A stretch of DNA of 64,000 nucleotides from Octopus bimaculoides (taxonomy: Eukaryota), in contig NC_068982.1 in NCBI RefSeq assembly GCF_001194135.2, positions 164,606,313-164,670,312 of the forward strand. The letters run 5' to 3'. The notes under the pieces were generated by a model. The model was not told where the DNA came from and did not search any database. It was given only the letters and a program-made list of their open reading frames with translations. Below, piece after piece: positions 23,531 through 37,204 of this stretch. Every line of letters starts with the position of its first letter. Position 1 is the stretch's first letter. A program made the translations under genes and the position numbers.

Positions 23531-23622
23531 CTCCGTGAAATTTGAGGCAGGACGCTTACCTTGTATGATGTGTAGTCATAGAAAATCTAAAAGAATCTAA
23601 AGAAATGAATTATTAAGGTGTT

Positions 23623-26600
23623 TGTTGTAGTGAAATGGTACTCCCCTTCCCACGTGACAAAGTGGTATGACGCAGCCTCTATAAATTCAGAGAAACAGTC
23701 GTTGTAGGGGGTCAACAGTAGTAGATACGTTGTACAACTCAGTTGGAGTCAGTGTCAGTTACGTGATATATACAAGTGTGAGTTACCGTCAAAAAAAGAC
23801 GTTTCAAAGTCATTGACTTCTGGAGCTATCAGCGATAGCACAATAGACGATTCAAAGATAACAAGACGCGGAATACCGCCACAACATAATAGTGGTGGCA
23901 AGAATATTACAGTGCCAAAAATAACAGACAAGTGGATGAGGATCACATTATAACAGTGGCGACGAGGATATAAACAATTCACGTGGACAACGTTGGAAAA
24001 CAAATCACGAGAAAATAAACAATTCACGCGGAGGAAGTTGAAACATTTTCACGTGCAGAATTTTAAAAACTTGAAAGAAGAGTAACAAACATTTTTGTTG
24101 TACATATTTTACGAAAAATCCGTAAAATTATGGAAAAATTGCTGGAAGGTCTAGTTGAGATGCAAAAACAGCCACATCAAATGTTACTGCAACAAATCTA
24201 CAAATGTGAAAATGTAGTCGACACAGTTAAAAATTCGAAGGAAGTCGAACAACTGAGACAAAAACTTTTTTTTAATGTTTACGAATGTTTTTTTGAAAGG
24301 ATTACGCTGTCGCACTAAGACAAAAGCTAGGATTGCGGTAAAAGAAAAGGCAACACCTGTTTTTAGGCCCAAACGTCAATAAAGAGCTGGAAAGACTAGA
24401 AGGTCTCGATATAATTAAAAAGTCTACCATTTAGACTGTGAAGCTCTGACGGTTTATGTAAAGAAAAGAAAAATAATAAACTAAGAGTGTGTGCGGATTT
24501 TTCAATTGGATTAAAGGATTGTTTAGTCGAATGCAATTATCCATTATCAAGCCCAGAATAAGTGTCCTCAAAGCTAAATGGAGGAAAAATTTTCTCGAAG
24601 TTAGACCTCTCGGAGGCCTATCTACATATATAGGTAGAGGAAGATTGCGCACACCTTTTAATAATCAACACACACCATGGATTGTATAAATTCCATATTC
24701 CAACAAGTGATGGACGTAATGCTAAATCATTGCGACTTAGCTATCACTTATCTCGATGATATTTTGATAAAAACGAGTCAGTGGAGTAAAGTTTCGAACA
24801 TATTAAAAAAGTAAACGGAAAAATAAATGAATATGGGTTTAGACTAACCGAGGAAAGGTGTGAGGCGTTCATGAAAAAAATCAAATATTTAGATCAAGTA
24901 ACTGACCAAAGGCCAGATCTATTTAGGGCGACGGCAATACGGAATATGCCACCACTTTCGAACGTCAAATTGTTACAAGCATTTATAGGCTTGATAAACT
25001 ACTATCAAGGATATATCCCGGACATACACAACACAAGGGCACCGCTAAACGAGCTGTTAAAAAAGGATACCAAATGGTTTTGGTCAGAAAAATACCAGTA
25101 GGCATTTGAGGTACTAAAATGGTTGTTAATTTCAGACTTATCGCTTACACACTTCGATCTGGAGTTGGAAACGATACTGGCAACAGATGCTAGTGAGTAC
25201 GGGATAGGTGCAGTACTCCAAGACAAATGCAAACACGGCAGCCAAAAGGCAATTAGCTCACGCGTCAAGGACGATATTACCAGAGGAAAAAAATTATAGC
25301 CAAATTGAAAAAGAGGATTGGCGTTTATATTTGGCATAAAAAGTCTCACAGGTTTATACATGATAGACGGTTTAGACTACAAACAGACCATCGCTCGTTG
25401 CTAACGATTTATAGATCTTTGCAGCGGTGGGGCACCATACTACTAAACTACGACTACGAAATAGAATATTTACCTTCGAGAAAGCTAGGACATGCTTATG
25501 GCCTATCCAGTTTAATATCCAGAAATAGTGAACCATTAGAGGACACAGTAATAGCGGCCTTAAGAGCCGAAGGGGAAATTAAACATATAATGAGGAATAT
25601 TGTACATGAGTTCCCAATAACTCTGGAGGAGATAAAGCGTCGCATGTCAAACGTTCATTAATGTAAACAAAAAACTATGTGGCATCCAAGACGTTATTTT
25701 ATCTGATAATGGAACACAATTTGTGCCCAGTGAATTTTAAAAATTCTGCGAAATGTTTATGGTAGAGCATAAAACGATAGCCCCCTTACCATTCCAGATC
25801 AAATGGACTGGCATAGCGTTTTGCAGACACTTTTAAAAGAGCTTTCAGAAAAGCAAATAAGGAAGTTACAGACGACGTCGCTGTCCAGCAATTCTTAAGG
25901 GGGTATACATAGTGACACTGAACGCCAATACATCAGCAGGAAGCTCACCAGCAGAACTGATGTTGGTGAGGAAGGAGAAATCAGTTTTTGATAGTCTGTT
26001 ACCGAGCGGGGAAGGAAGAAGTAGCAGAAAAGACAATCCAATGTCTTTCAAAATTGGTGATAAGGTGTACATGAGATCATATAAACACAGAAAACAATAC
26101 TGGGAAGAAGGAAAAATTACAAAGTTCATAGGAAAAATGAATTAAAAGCAGAAAGAGTATTGAAAAAAAGGCACAAAACCCAATTGAAGAGATTCATAGA
26201 AAATGAACCAGACAGATTTGAAGAATCTATGGAATGGATGTATGATGCATTCCAAGAAACCAACATCGCTACAGGTGGTTGAATCCACGCGTACAAGTGG
26301 AAGAAAAGGGAAGAACACGGAGTTCCTACAAATAGACGCAAAAAAACCCACAATTAAGTTAAAAAGAAGCTAAAAGGGAGGACGAGTGAATAAAGTAAAA
26401 TAAAATTACTTGCTAAAATGGGAGATGCTGTAGTGAAAATAGTAGTCCCCTTCCCACGTAACAAAATGGTATGACTCAGCCACTATGAAGTTATACAGTT
26501 AGTAGTAGTAGAGTCGTGGTACAAGTTCTCATTTGGAGTCAGTATCAGTTACGTGATATATACGAGTTTGAGTTATCGTCAAGGAAGATGTTTCAAAGTC

Positions 26601-26745
26601 ATGGACTTGCGGCGCTATCAGCGATAACACGATAAACGAGTCAAAGATAATAAGACGCAGAATACTGCAAGAAACTAAATGTTGCGACAAGAATGTTACA
26701 GTGACAACAATAACATACAAGTGGATGAAGATCCACATTATAACA
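23623..26745 (+). mobile_element. Ty3/Gypsy (Mag-like) LTR retrotransposon, degenerate and internally deleted, with both LTRs and TSD
   Basis: 5' LTR 23623-23955 and 3' LTR 26426-26745 (TG...CA, ~80-85% identical by eye); TSD gtgtt at 23618-23622 and 26746-26750; PBS tggcgacgaggat at 23957-23969; PPT aaaatgggaga before 26426; gag start MEKLLEGL..MQKQ; RT RVCADFS and YLDDILI (~24747-24770); RNase H LATDASEYGIGAVL and FRLQTDHRSLL; integrase LSDNGTQF, SNGLA*RFADTFKRA. Confidence 0.95.
24130..26200 (+). pseudogene. Disrupted gag-pol (RT, RNase H, integrase) of the Gypsy element
   Basis: Fragments in ORFs 24130..24318, 24871..25101, 25305..25661 and 25912..26145, with many stops, frameshifts and missing segments (no clear protease or integrase zinc finger). 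Confidence 0.9.
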
Positions 26746-28867
26746 GTGTTTTAGAAAGTATTCGTCCCAGAAGATGTAAACAGACTCTCTAAATCTGAGA
26801 TATGTTTCAGTAAATGTCAATACTTTGAATTGACTATAAGTGAAAGAATTTGTCCAGACTGTTACTGAATTCTAATAATGTGTGGTTATTCCATTCTCCG
26901 TCACAGAACATATTATTAGACAAATATTTTCTAAAACAAGAGAAATTACTATGATAAACATATATACCGGTCATTTAAAGCGGATATATGTTCCATGCAG
27001 AATTACAATAAACACAGTAATATTTCTGAGGGTAAATGTATATATTGCTAGAAATGACTGATAATATTATTGTTTATCACAAGCTACATAAGACGAAACT
27101 GAAGAAAATCAGCTTTTCAATATTTCAACAATTTGTATTATAAAAAGTAGAATTGTATTTTGGTGAAAAGACTGTGTTCATCGGAAATAGTACTCGGGAA
27201 ATAATTGTGCCTGATAATTCCTGAAAATTTCGCAATTGTAACTTTTGTATAAAGTGTGGTGAAACCAGATTCACTCCTAAGAAAAGGTCTTCCTTTTGTC
27301 CTACATGACTTTTCTGGTGATAGATTAGTTATAAATGTCAAAAGTGGTTGGAAAAGCATGTTTGTGTGTTATAGGACAATTTTTCAATAGAAATGATTTA
27401 TCAGATTAGTTACAGGTAAACGAAGTCACCAGTAAGTATATATTTTAAATAGTCTGCTCTGGTTTGGTACTTTTGCAGCTGTCATGATGAACTACAACAA
27501 ACTAGAATTATATCTATCTCCAACCGTAAATACTACAATCCCCTCTTTGAAGGGAAATACTTAAATGGACAAAATAATTAATATGGATCAAATAATTAAT
27601 GAAACAATTATTAATGATGTGCAAAATACAGAATCCGTTTCTGAAGCCTTGAATGACTTACCAAACTCTAATTAGCAGCGACTCTGATTTGTCAACTGGT
27701 GCAAGAATAAACGTAGCATATGATGCTAGACTCTCTTTTCGAATACCAAAGGCATAATTAGATATATTCAGTAATTGTGATAGTCTTCATGCTTCTGTAA
27801 GTTAATCTATATACCTCCGCCACTTTTCAGCTCACTGCTGCATAATATTATAAATTTCTCTCACATGAATTAAATTTGTTCTGTCATGGTTATAGGTATA
27901 GAGCAGCTATGCTATATCTTTGTCTGTTTCTCTCTGAACACATTTTGCTGAAGAAAGTGTTAGACGCCCTTATACAATGTGATGTATTGTTTTGGACAAT
28001 ACAGTACACAGTTGACATTGCAAAACCTTATTGTAATAGCTGGAGTTATAGTTAACATTACTATGCGAACTTCTACGGTAAGAATTACCTGATAGTGTAG
28101 CGGAGGCTTTCTTGTTTGCCTTGCGTCATTCTCACTAGAATAGTCCCGCAAAAACAGAAATTGATTTATGCTTATAACAGGAACATATATTTCATGGAAT
28201 TACACTTTTAAGATTTTTCAACACGGTTGACGCTTCTGCCATCACTATATATATATTTTTTTGCATTAGGTTTAACCATTAGTTACCCTAAATATGTATA
28301 AATGAATTCTATGTGAGAATTTTGTTGTTGAGGATATAACAGCCTTACTACGTTTTTCACAGCTATAATCCATCAAGGCGAATAACAACTGTGTTCGCTG
28401 CGCTGTATTTCGTTGGTCGCGAGGAGCAGAAAATTTTACGCTATGTGACAGATATGGTGAAAAGCCAAGAAACAGACAATTTTCTTCTTGGTCGATCTGT
28501 CTCCAAATGTATGATATTTCACTTGAAGTTGAAAGTGTGTGTATAGAGAGAAGTGCTTCGATGTAAATTATTTGAGAGGTTACTGACGGTATCGAATAAG
28601 GTATTGCGGAGAAGCTTACAGTGCATATGTACGGAAAATGTTAAATGTAAAAGTGCACTAGTCTTTAATACTCGGGGTTACTGAGATTTGGGGTTGTTTT
28701 CTTGATTCGCAACTATCTGGTTATTTGAGAATTTTCCTTGTTTCCTATATCGTTGTTAATTGTTTTTGCAATGAAATTTTATAACACTATACGCAACCAC
28801 CATGTCATTTTCTGTCCTTTTGTAACATCTTTAACTTATTTGAGAATTTATAATCATCTAAGGAGGT

Positions 28868-28886
28868 GTTATTATTATTATTATTA

Positions 28887-28960
<74 letters not shown>
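28868..28960. repeat. (TTA)n microsatellite
   Basis: Directly visible. Confidence 0.95.
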
Positions 28961-29217
28961 GATATACAATTATATATATATTATTTACATATTTTACACA
29001 TTTTCTTGCAGACCTGTAGGAATCGAATTTACAAGTTATTTGCAATTGGAAAGCGTGACGAAAGAATCTGGGAAGAATTGATTGAAATGAAAAGAGATAA
29101 AGATTTATGTGACTGGAGAATGTCTTAAGAGAAAAGGAGAATGATATATGTTAAAATATGTTTTGGCTTGTTTTGCATTTTACTGTTTGATGTCTTTCAT
29201 GATCAACTATTCTTCTT

Positions 29218-29265
<48 letters not shown>

Positions 29266-30617
29266 CATTCGTATGTAAACATACGTATACTATACATAAT
29301 TATACTAGTGTGTGAGTGTGAGTGTGTGTGTGTGCTTCTGTCTGTGTGTGCTTGAAAAATGCATATTTAATACGTATGTGCACATACATATAATCGAGTG
29401 CATATTTGTAAATGCTTGCTCACAAGATGGTTGCTTTCTCTATGCTAAAAATAAAGAAAAAAAGAGAATAAACTGAAGCTGACATCAACATGTGGCCACT
29501 TTATCAAAGATAGGTTTTCCGAATCGACCCTTTCAATTTTGTTTTGATGAAATATTCAAAACAAAGAAAAATGAATAGATTTATTTTATGAATGTGTGCA
29601 TGTATGTATCTATGTATATGTGTATAAAAGAATGTATATGTATATATATGCATATATNNNNNNNNNNNNNNNNNNNNNNNNNNNNNNNNNNNNNNNNNNN
29701 NNNNNNNNNNNNNNNNNNNNNNNNNNNNNNNNNNNNNNNNNNNNNNNNNNNNNNNNNNNNNNNNNNNNNNNNNNNNNNNNNNNNNNNNNNNNNNNNNNNN
29801 NNNNNNNNNNNNNNNNNNNNNNNNNNNNNNNNNNNNNNNNNNNNNNNNNNNNNNNNNNNNNNNNNNNNNNNNNNNNNNNNNNNNNNNNNNNNNNNNNNNN
29901 NNNNNNNNNNNNNNNNNNNNNNNNNNNNNNNNNNNNNNNNNNNNNNNNNNNNNNNNNNNNNNNNNNNNNNNNNNNNNNNNNNNNNNNNNNNNNNNNNNNN
30001 NNNNNNNNNNNNNNNNNNNNNNNNNNNNNNNNNNNNNNNNNNNNNNNNNNNNNNNNNNNNNNNNNNNNNNNNNNNNNNNNNNNNNNNNNNNNNNNNNNNN
30101 NNNNNNNNNNNNNNNNNNNNNNNNNNNNNNNNNNNNNNNNNNNNNNNNNNNNNNNNNNNNNNNNNNNNNNNNNNNNNNNNNNNNNNNNNNNNNNNNNNNN
30201 NNNNNNNNNNNNNNNNNNNNNNNNNNNNNNNNNNNNNNNNNNNNNNNNNNNNNNNNNNNNNNNNNNNNNNNNNNNNNNNNNNNNNNNNNNNNNNNNNNNN
30301 NNNNNNNNNNNNNNNNNNNNNNNNNNNNNNNNNNNNNNNNNNNNNNNNNNNNNNNNNNNNNNNNNNNNNNNNNNNNNNNNNNNNNNNNNNNNNNNNNNNN
30401 NNNNNNNNNNNNNNNNNNNNNNNNNNNNNNNNNNNNNNNNNNNNNNNNNNNNNNNNNNNNNNNNNNNNNNNNNNNNNNNNNNNNNNNNNNNNNNNNNNNN
30501 NNNNNNNNNNNNNNNNNNNNNNNNNNNNNNNNNNNNNNNNNNNNNNNNNNNNNNNNNNNNNNNNNNNNNNNNNNNNNNNNNNNNNNNNNNNNNNNNNNNN
30601 NNNNNNNNNNNNNNNNN

Positions 30618-30658
<41 letters not shown>

Positions 30659-32479
30659 ATGTATGCACAGATATTTATATTAATTCTTTTTTCTTGGCAA
30701 TGGAATTCTGATGTATGTTGCCTTTGAATTCCTACAGAGCTATCTCTAACTACAAAGACGTTTAAATTTTATGTCATTACACACAGCTACTCAATATACG
30801 GCTATTACTGAAGTGTAGGTTTTTAGATCGAATGCACATACGCCTGATACGGATTGCTCTTTAAACTGCTCTCTTTTACTGATATCGCATAGCCTAAAAA
30901 TTTTATTTTTCTCAACGGAATTGGAAGGTCATATAGATATTTACTATATATCGAGAAGGATGCAGAATGAATTGCCCGACATCAGTTCATGACTGCTACA
31001 TTAAAGAGATCCTATATGATATATCTCAATACAGTGAAGAAACAATTTGGTTCTGAAAATCTATCTGTTAGGGGAATATTACATCTTCGTTATGTCATCA
31101 GAAAGACTGAGATGAAATTACTTACTTTAGGTTACATAAAACAGTATTGTATGTTTCCGTAGTTCAGACCTTGATCAGCAGTGATCGCGCTGGCTTATAT
31201 ATGCACTTGTTCTAGCGGTAAGGAATCCATCTTTAGATTTGGGCTACATAATTCGTTGTAACCTTCTATTTTTATGATAGCAAGGTATGATTTGAAGAAG
31301 AAAATATAGATTTAGCTGCTAATTCTTCATATTAATACGCATGTAGGTATTTTAAAAATATAATGCATGCGAGTTGAATCATTAATTTTTCATTTATCTT
31401 CATTTTCTCTATCGAATCATATACTATAATTTCAATTTGAAGTTTAGTGTATAAAATGATGTAATACGTTTTAAATTGAATGTATTGTCATTCTGTAAGA
31501 TGCAATATTTGATTGATTGTGTACAAAACAAATTTGATTGCACAGAAAAACAAAACAAAAACAACGTTAATACATAATTATCGTTTTAGAGACGCAATTA
31601 TTGAATATTAATGGAAAAATCAAAATTCATAGTCAATTACAATAATAACGATGCAGTAGTGGTAAATATCAAATAAAAAATTCATATATATATATATANN
31701 NNNNNNNNNNNNNNNNNNNNNNNNNNNNNNNNNNNNNNNNNNNNNNNNNNNNNNNNNNNNNNNNNNNNNNNNNNNNNNNNNNNNNNNNNNNNNNNNNNNN
31801 NNNNNNNNNNNNNNNNNNNNNNNNNNNNNNNNNNNNNNNNNNNNNNNNNNNNNNNNNNNNNNNNNNNNNNNNNNNNNNNNNNNNNNNNNNNNNNNNNNNN
31901 NNNNNNNNNNNNNNNNNNNNNNNNNNNNNNNNNNNNNNNNNNNNNNNNNNNNNNNNNNNNNNNNNNNNNNNNNNNNNNNNNNNNNNNNNNNNNNNNNNNN
32001 NNNNNNNNNNNNNNNNNNNNNNNNNNNNNNNNNNNNNNNNNNNNNNNNNNNNNNNNNNNNNNNNNNNNNNNNNNNNNNNNNNNNNNNNNNNNNNNNNNNN
32101 NNNNNNNNNNNNNNNNNNNNNNNNNNNNNNNNNNNNNNNNNNNNNNNNNNNNNNNNNNNNNNNNNNNNNNNNNNNNNNNNNNNNNNNNNNNNNNNNNNNN
32201 NNNNNNNNNNNNNNNNNNNNNNNNNNNNNNNNNNNNNNNNNNNNNNNNNNNNNNNNNNNNNNNNNNNNNNNNNNNNNNNNNNNNNNNNNNNNNNNNNNNN
32301 NNNNNNNNNNNNNNNNNNNNNNNNNNNNNNNNNNNNNNNNNNNNNNNNNNNNNNNNNNNNNNNNNNNNNNNNNNNNNNNNNNNNNNNNNNNNNNNNNNNN
32401 NNNNNNNNNNNNNNNNNNNNNNNNNNNNNNNNNNNNNNNNNNNNNNNNNNNNNNNNNNNNNNNNNNNNNNNNNNNNNNN

Positions 32480-32540
<61 letters not shown>

Positions 32541-32635
32541 AAACTTATCCGATGGGTTTGCATATAGACTGCCTTTATCAAATTCATTCTCAAGGAATTG
32601 GTCAACCAAATAGTTAGAGTAGAAGACATTTCCGT
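32480..32635 (-). mobile_element. (CA)n plus degenerate CORE-type SINE fragment
   Basis: aaattcattctcaaggaattggtcaaccaaatagttagagtagaagacatttcc resembles the reverse complement of the 23170-23230 segment. Confidence 0.55.
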
Positions 32636-33784
32636 GTCTATGTCTGTGTAGAGCAGCAAGTAAAATAAATGTTTTCTCAGTTTTGACACTGATTGCAAAG
32701 CAATTGAATTGCCTTGAAATTGTATGAACGTGTATGCAATAGCACGCAACATAGCTGACCCTTGTAAGTCGATCTGATGAGCTTTCTCGCCACTTCTGTT
32801 TAACGAATTTCACTCACAAGTCTTGAACTAACGCGGCCCCATTGTAAATGACATTTGCTATAATGCTACACATACATCACAGAAATTATTTAGAAGAAAA
32901 ACTATGCATAAATGTATTTTGTGTACTACCGGAAGCCTAAAGGGGAACCAATATTATCATTTAAGTTGAAGTGTACTATTTCATGGAAAATTTTTAAAAA
33001 TTTTACATCTATACTTTTATGTTAAGAAAAATAACATCGAGGTTGTCATTAACCTTCGTTGTGTATACACAAACACAGACCACGGAAACTGATTAGAAAG
33101 ACGCACTTGATCACATTAATAATGATAGTAAAAATGAAAGAGTACTAATTTCCTATCCCCAACTTGTTTCGTCTATTTAGCAACATAAACTTGTGAACGG
33201 ATTTGTAAAGAAAAATTATACTGAAAATTAATTCATGGTTAAGAACTGCGGGAATTCTGCAAACGTAACGAACATTTCGTTTAAATGTGATATTGACTGT
33301 TATAAATGCGACTATGAATTTACTTTGAAACACAATCATTCGAAATCACATTTAATGTATGCATTTCATTACAAATTACGTCAAGTTCATTCTAACATAT
33401 CTGAGTGTAATATATAAACATTTGTCTCTTTGAAGTCGACAGAAATCTCAATAATTGTATGAGATACACGAAAGGAAATGCAAAATTGAAAGGACGAAAA
33501 TATACTACAAATCGAAATTGAGTTCACAGTTGTATTGCCGAAAATTTGTGGAAATTTTATTAATGTATGATGTAACGCGGTGTTAATTAATTTTGTCACT
33601 GATCATTTCACAAGCAAAGTTTATCGTTGTCTTTCATCCACACAAGCGCAATGAAATAACAACCAGCCATTTACTCGGGTCACTTACATAAATGTCACTC
33701 TACACTCTCATAAGTTTTGTCAATTTTCTTGTAATCGTAGTACCAGTACCAGGTGTGGTGGTAATGGTAGCGGTGTTGGTGGAG

Positions 33785-33796
33785 GTAGTAGTAGTA

Positions 33797-33861
<65 letters not shown>

Positions 33862-33862
33862 C
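33785..33862. repeat. (GTA)n microsatellite
   Basis: Directly visible. Confidence 0.95.
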
Positions 33863-34189
33863 ATGTATATGTAATTTAAAAAATAATAAAAGTCGCTTCA
33901 CAGCTACATGGCTTTAGGTTTGAGATCACTGAGCAGATCGTTAGGAAAGTGACTTCGAGCTTTGATTCGGATCGGCAAAAGCTTTGTACGTTAAATGTGT
34001 TACATGAAATCTATGTAGCAGCCTAATGGAGTGAAACTTCATGTTCTTCGCTGGCAGCTTTGATGCGTAACTTGTATCACAAAACATTCCTTTATCGGTT
34101 ATAAAAAATTTTGCACTCATTCGGTTATACTTTCGGTTTTGGATAATTTCCTCCTTTTTTACTTCTGCTACTGGACAAAGAAATTCTTT

Positions 34190-34680
34190 GCCCTGTCATT
34201 CACAAAGTCGAACAGTTTAGCAATGACAGTGAAATGGGATTGGCACTGAAACATTTGAAGGAAAATATTTTAAAATCATGCAGCATCACCCTAGATAGAG
34301 ATATAAAAGAATTAGGACCTGAGCGCAGTTAGAAATAGTCAGGCGTTTGTGAAGGAGATACTAAGTACTCGTTAAGGAGAAAAAACATACGAAAGAATGC
34401 TATCGTAGCGTCAGAGCTATTCTGAAAATGTAGGTTAACTGTCTATAACAAAATCGAGGCTATAAACACGTTCGCTATGCAAGTAAGCACGCGCGATTAA
34501 TGTCAAAGTCTGAAAGTTGATGCCGATGCGTCGCATGAATTATCCAAACGCAGACAGAAATTGATTATGCCTTCCGAGAAAAGAAAGCAGTTGGGAATTC
34601 CAACAACAAATAAACGATTGAATGTTAAAGCTGGTTATGAATTATTAAGGTAACAAGAAGCTGTACTCAGTGACGAAAAT
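34190..34680 (+). mobile_element. Decayed R4/Dong-type RT C-terminal remnant
   Basis: ITLDRDIKELGPERS*K*SG..., KECYRSVRAILK, and YPNADRN*LCLPRKE (cf. IKEL..E..YKYLG, KEY.RRVR.ILK, HP.AD..RLYLPRKEGGRG). Confidence 0.65.
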
Positions 34681-35632
34681 TGCAAGAATACTCCTTCGGG
34701 AAATTCCGCTAGATGAACCAGTACCCGCAAAAATAAGTGCTTCCAACTGAAAAAAAAATAATAAATAAAAAGTAGGTGAACAAACCAGCCTCCAGTATAC
34801 TAAGGTCATGTGGAGGAAAAAAACAGTGCAGAGCCAGGAATCGTGATGTAAAGCAAGCTCTTATACAACTGTGGCTGGCATGCGCTGGTCTCAAGCTGAA
34901 AAGTGAGGAGAATATTATATCTCAGGATGAATACCTTCAAACTAGAGGTTTCCAGTGTAATCTTAATTTTCTGTGACATGAAAGCAGCTTATCGTGTCGG
35001 GTATGCGAGGTACATCCAAAAACAGTCAACGACATAATCTTTCGTGGTGTCTGATTAACACCCACAGAGTACTTGCAATGGCATGGCTAGACACTAAGAA
35101 CATACACTGGTCATATGTCGCAACTATAATCTCTCTCACAATGAAAATCGGTGGGAACATAAACCACCACAAGTTGTGCAGAATATTATTCTAACACTCC
35201 TTATAAATTTCAGCGTTCGAATTAAGTAGGAAATGCAGGTAAACTACTAGATACTATTGTGAAAAATCATGTTGGAAAGATGTATGTTTTGATAAACGAT
35301 GTAATTCCAATTGAAAAAAAAAACGCATCTCTGAAAACGTTTGAGAAATTGAGCAACTGCATGGACTTAGACATAAAAATCAGAAGTCAAAACAATATTA
35401 CGTATAGTTATCGTTGCACTTGGAATGTTAAGGGCAAACAAATATGTAGACCAAATGTTTGGCAACCCCAAAGTGTGTGAATTGCAAATGATCAGAGTTA
35501 TGGCTCAGAGATACTGAATGTAAATTCATCTTTGTTTGAATAAAATATTTTGCATTCAGTGTTATGAATTTTATTAGCAGCGTTTTTTTTTTTTTATAAC
35601 AGACATCAGATTTTCAATTGCATCGTACCACA

Positions 35633-35752
35633 CCAGTTAGTTCTTTAGAGGTCAGCTTTGCCATTCATTCTTTCAGGGTCGATAAAATAAGTACCAGTTG
35701 AATACTGCGGTCTATTCAATCGAAATTGCTGGCCTTATGCCAAAATTTGAAA
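35633..35752 (+). mobile_element. SINE 3' fragment (1135 family)
   Basis: ggtcagctttgccattcattctttcagggtcgataaaataagtaccagttgaatactg...gctggccttatgccaaaatttgaaa. Confidence 0.75.
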
Positions 35753-36427
35753 TCTTTATTAATTTTCGTATTGTTTCTGACTTATTAGAAATTGAACTGA
35801 ACATATTCTCAATTCCAACAAAAGGTATATATTAAAGACAAAAAATATAGTACACAAAACTATACATGTAAGATACTTTAACGATAACAGTTATCATTTA
35901 ATACTATAACATGTTAGCATCTGCATGAAATATTGCTCTGTAAACTAAATACTGCAACCTTCCTTTTTCGGCACATGTACCTTCCTAATGTTGAATTATT
36001 TAAAAAATAATGGTAAAGAGCATGCATTTAGCGTGTCTCTCTTGATTAGTTATAATTATGTTACTTTATAAGGAAGGTGGAAATGGATTTTATCATATTT
36101 GCTATTTCCCAAAACTAACGTGGCAGCAAGACTTGACTAGAAAGTATGAAAACTTTACTAATTCTCTACAGAGCTTCCTAGATCAGCAAATGTAGTTTTC
36201 TCATGTTTACAACACGTCATGTTGCCAGGCAGAACGCTCTAACGTTTCACAGAAGAACGTAATACAAAATGTAATATGAACATTTTGAAAGATTTTGATA
36301 AGTTGTATAAGTATAAATTATAATTATCAGCGGCATATATCATGAATCATATATATTGCTATAATTCCTCGTACACTATACAATATTCACGTTATATTAC
36401 GTTACACAAATATTTTACATTGCTATA

Positions 36428-36520
36428 AAAGCTGCGAGCCGGGGAAAAAACGCTTTGCGGCATTTCGACCGTCTACATATGAGTTCAAATTATACCAGGG
36501 TTCATTTTGCTTTTCCTCTC
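36428..36520 (+). mobile_element. SINE 5' fragment (1135 family), degenerate
   Basis: gaaaaaacgctttgcggcatttcgaccgtc...tgagttcaaattataccagggttcattttgcttttc. Confidence 0.55.
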
Positions 36521-37204
36521 TTTCATACATATATTCTAAAAATGTGTTTATAAAATGACAATAGTTATGCTGCTTTTCTAAAATGCTTGACAAGGTTTAA
36601 TATTCGTTAAATAAGTTTACAAAATAGTAACACAAACATATGTAACTTGTATGTTCGATATCTACGTTGGTGTAACCTTGGATTATACTACTTCGCCTAA
36701 TAAGATTTATTTTCTGAAAAAAAAAAACTGTTGTAAGATTCATTTATGCACGTAAATCTATTTGAAACCATATCACAACAATGGGTGAGTGGGAAGCTAT
36801 AAAGCTGCTCTTGTTTTTGCATACGTCAAAACTCATATCAAAATAAGAAAGTCATCCTTTATTTTAATCTATTACTGTCTGTTCTCAAGACATAAGCAAT
36901 TTTACAATAAAACTATAATAGTTGTAAATTCCAGCAGGAATTACTTCGCATTTGATTTTTGGTGTATATGTTACCTAAATATATTAAAGTGCTATATCGT
37001 CAATCATAGCGACCATAAGATACAGAAAAATAATAATAATTCCCTGTTTGGTGGACTGTATACATGTTTGGAATAGTCTGTGGTAGTTTGTAAATACTGC
37101 TACATTAACTCTCTGCATTTTTTAGCAAGAGGATACAGTAAGTCTGCGGCTAATAGTGGTCCCGGTCACAGCTGATCTTAATGCAAAATTCACTAATAAA
37201 ACAA

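Noticed and set aside
27138-27359. ESGFTTL as a hAT dimerisation motif, and plus-strand TVFIGNSTRE as an SGNH motif
   Set aside because: Two mutually exclusive short resemblances on opposite strands; neither extends.
31163-31217. Plus-strand exon with good splice sites (tttccgtag|...|gtaagg)
   Set aside because: All three frames contain stops.
33700-33870. Mucin-like Thr-rich exon on the minus strand
   Set aside because: It derives from the (GTA)n microsatellite, and the frame hits a stop before the candidate donor.
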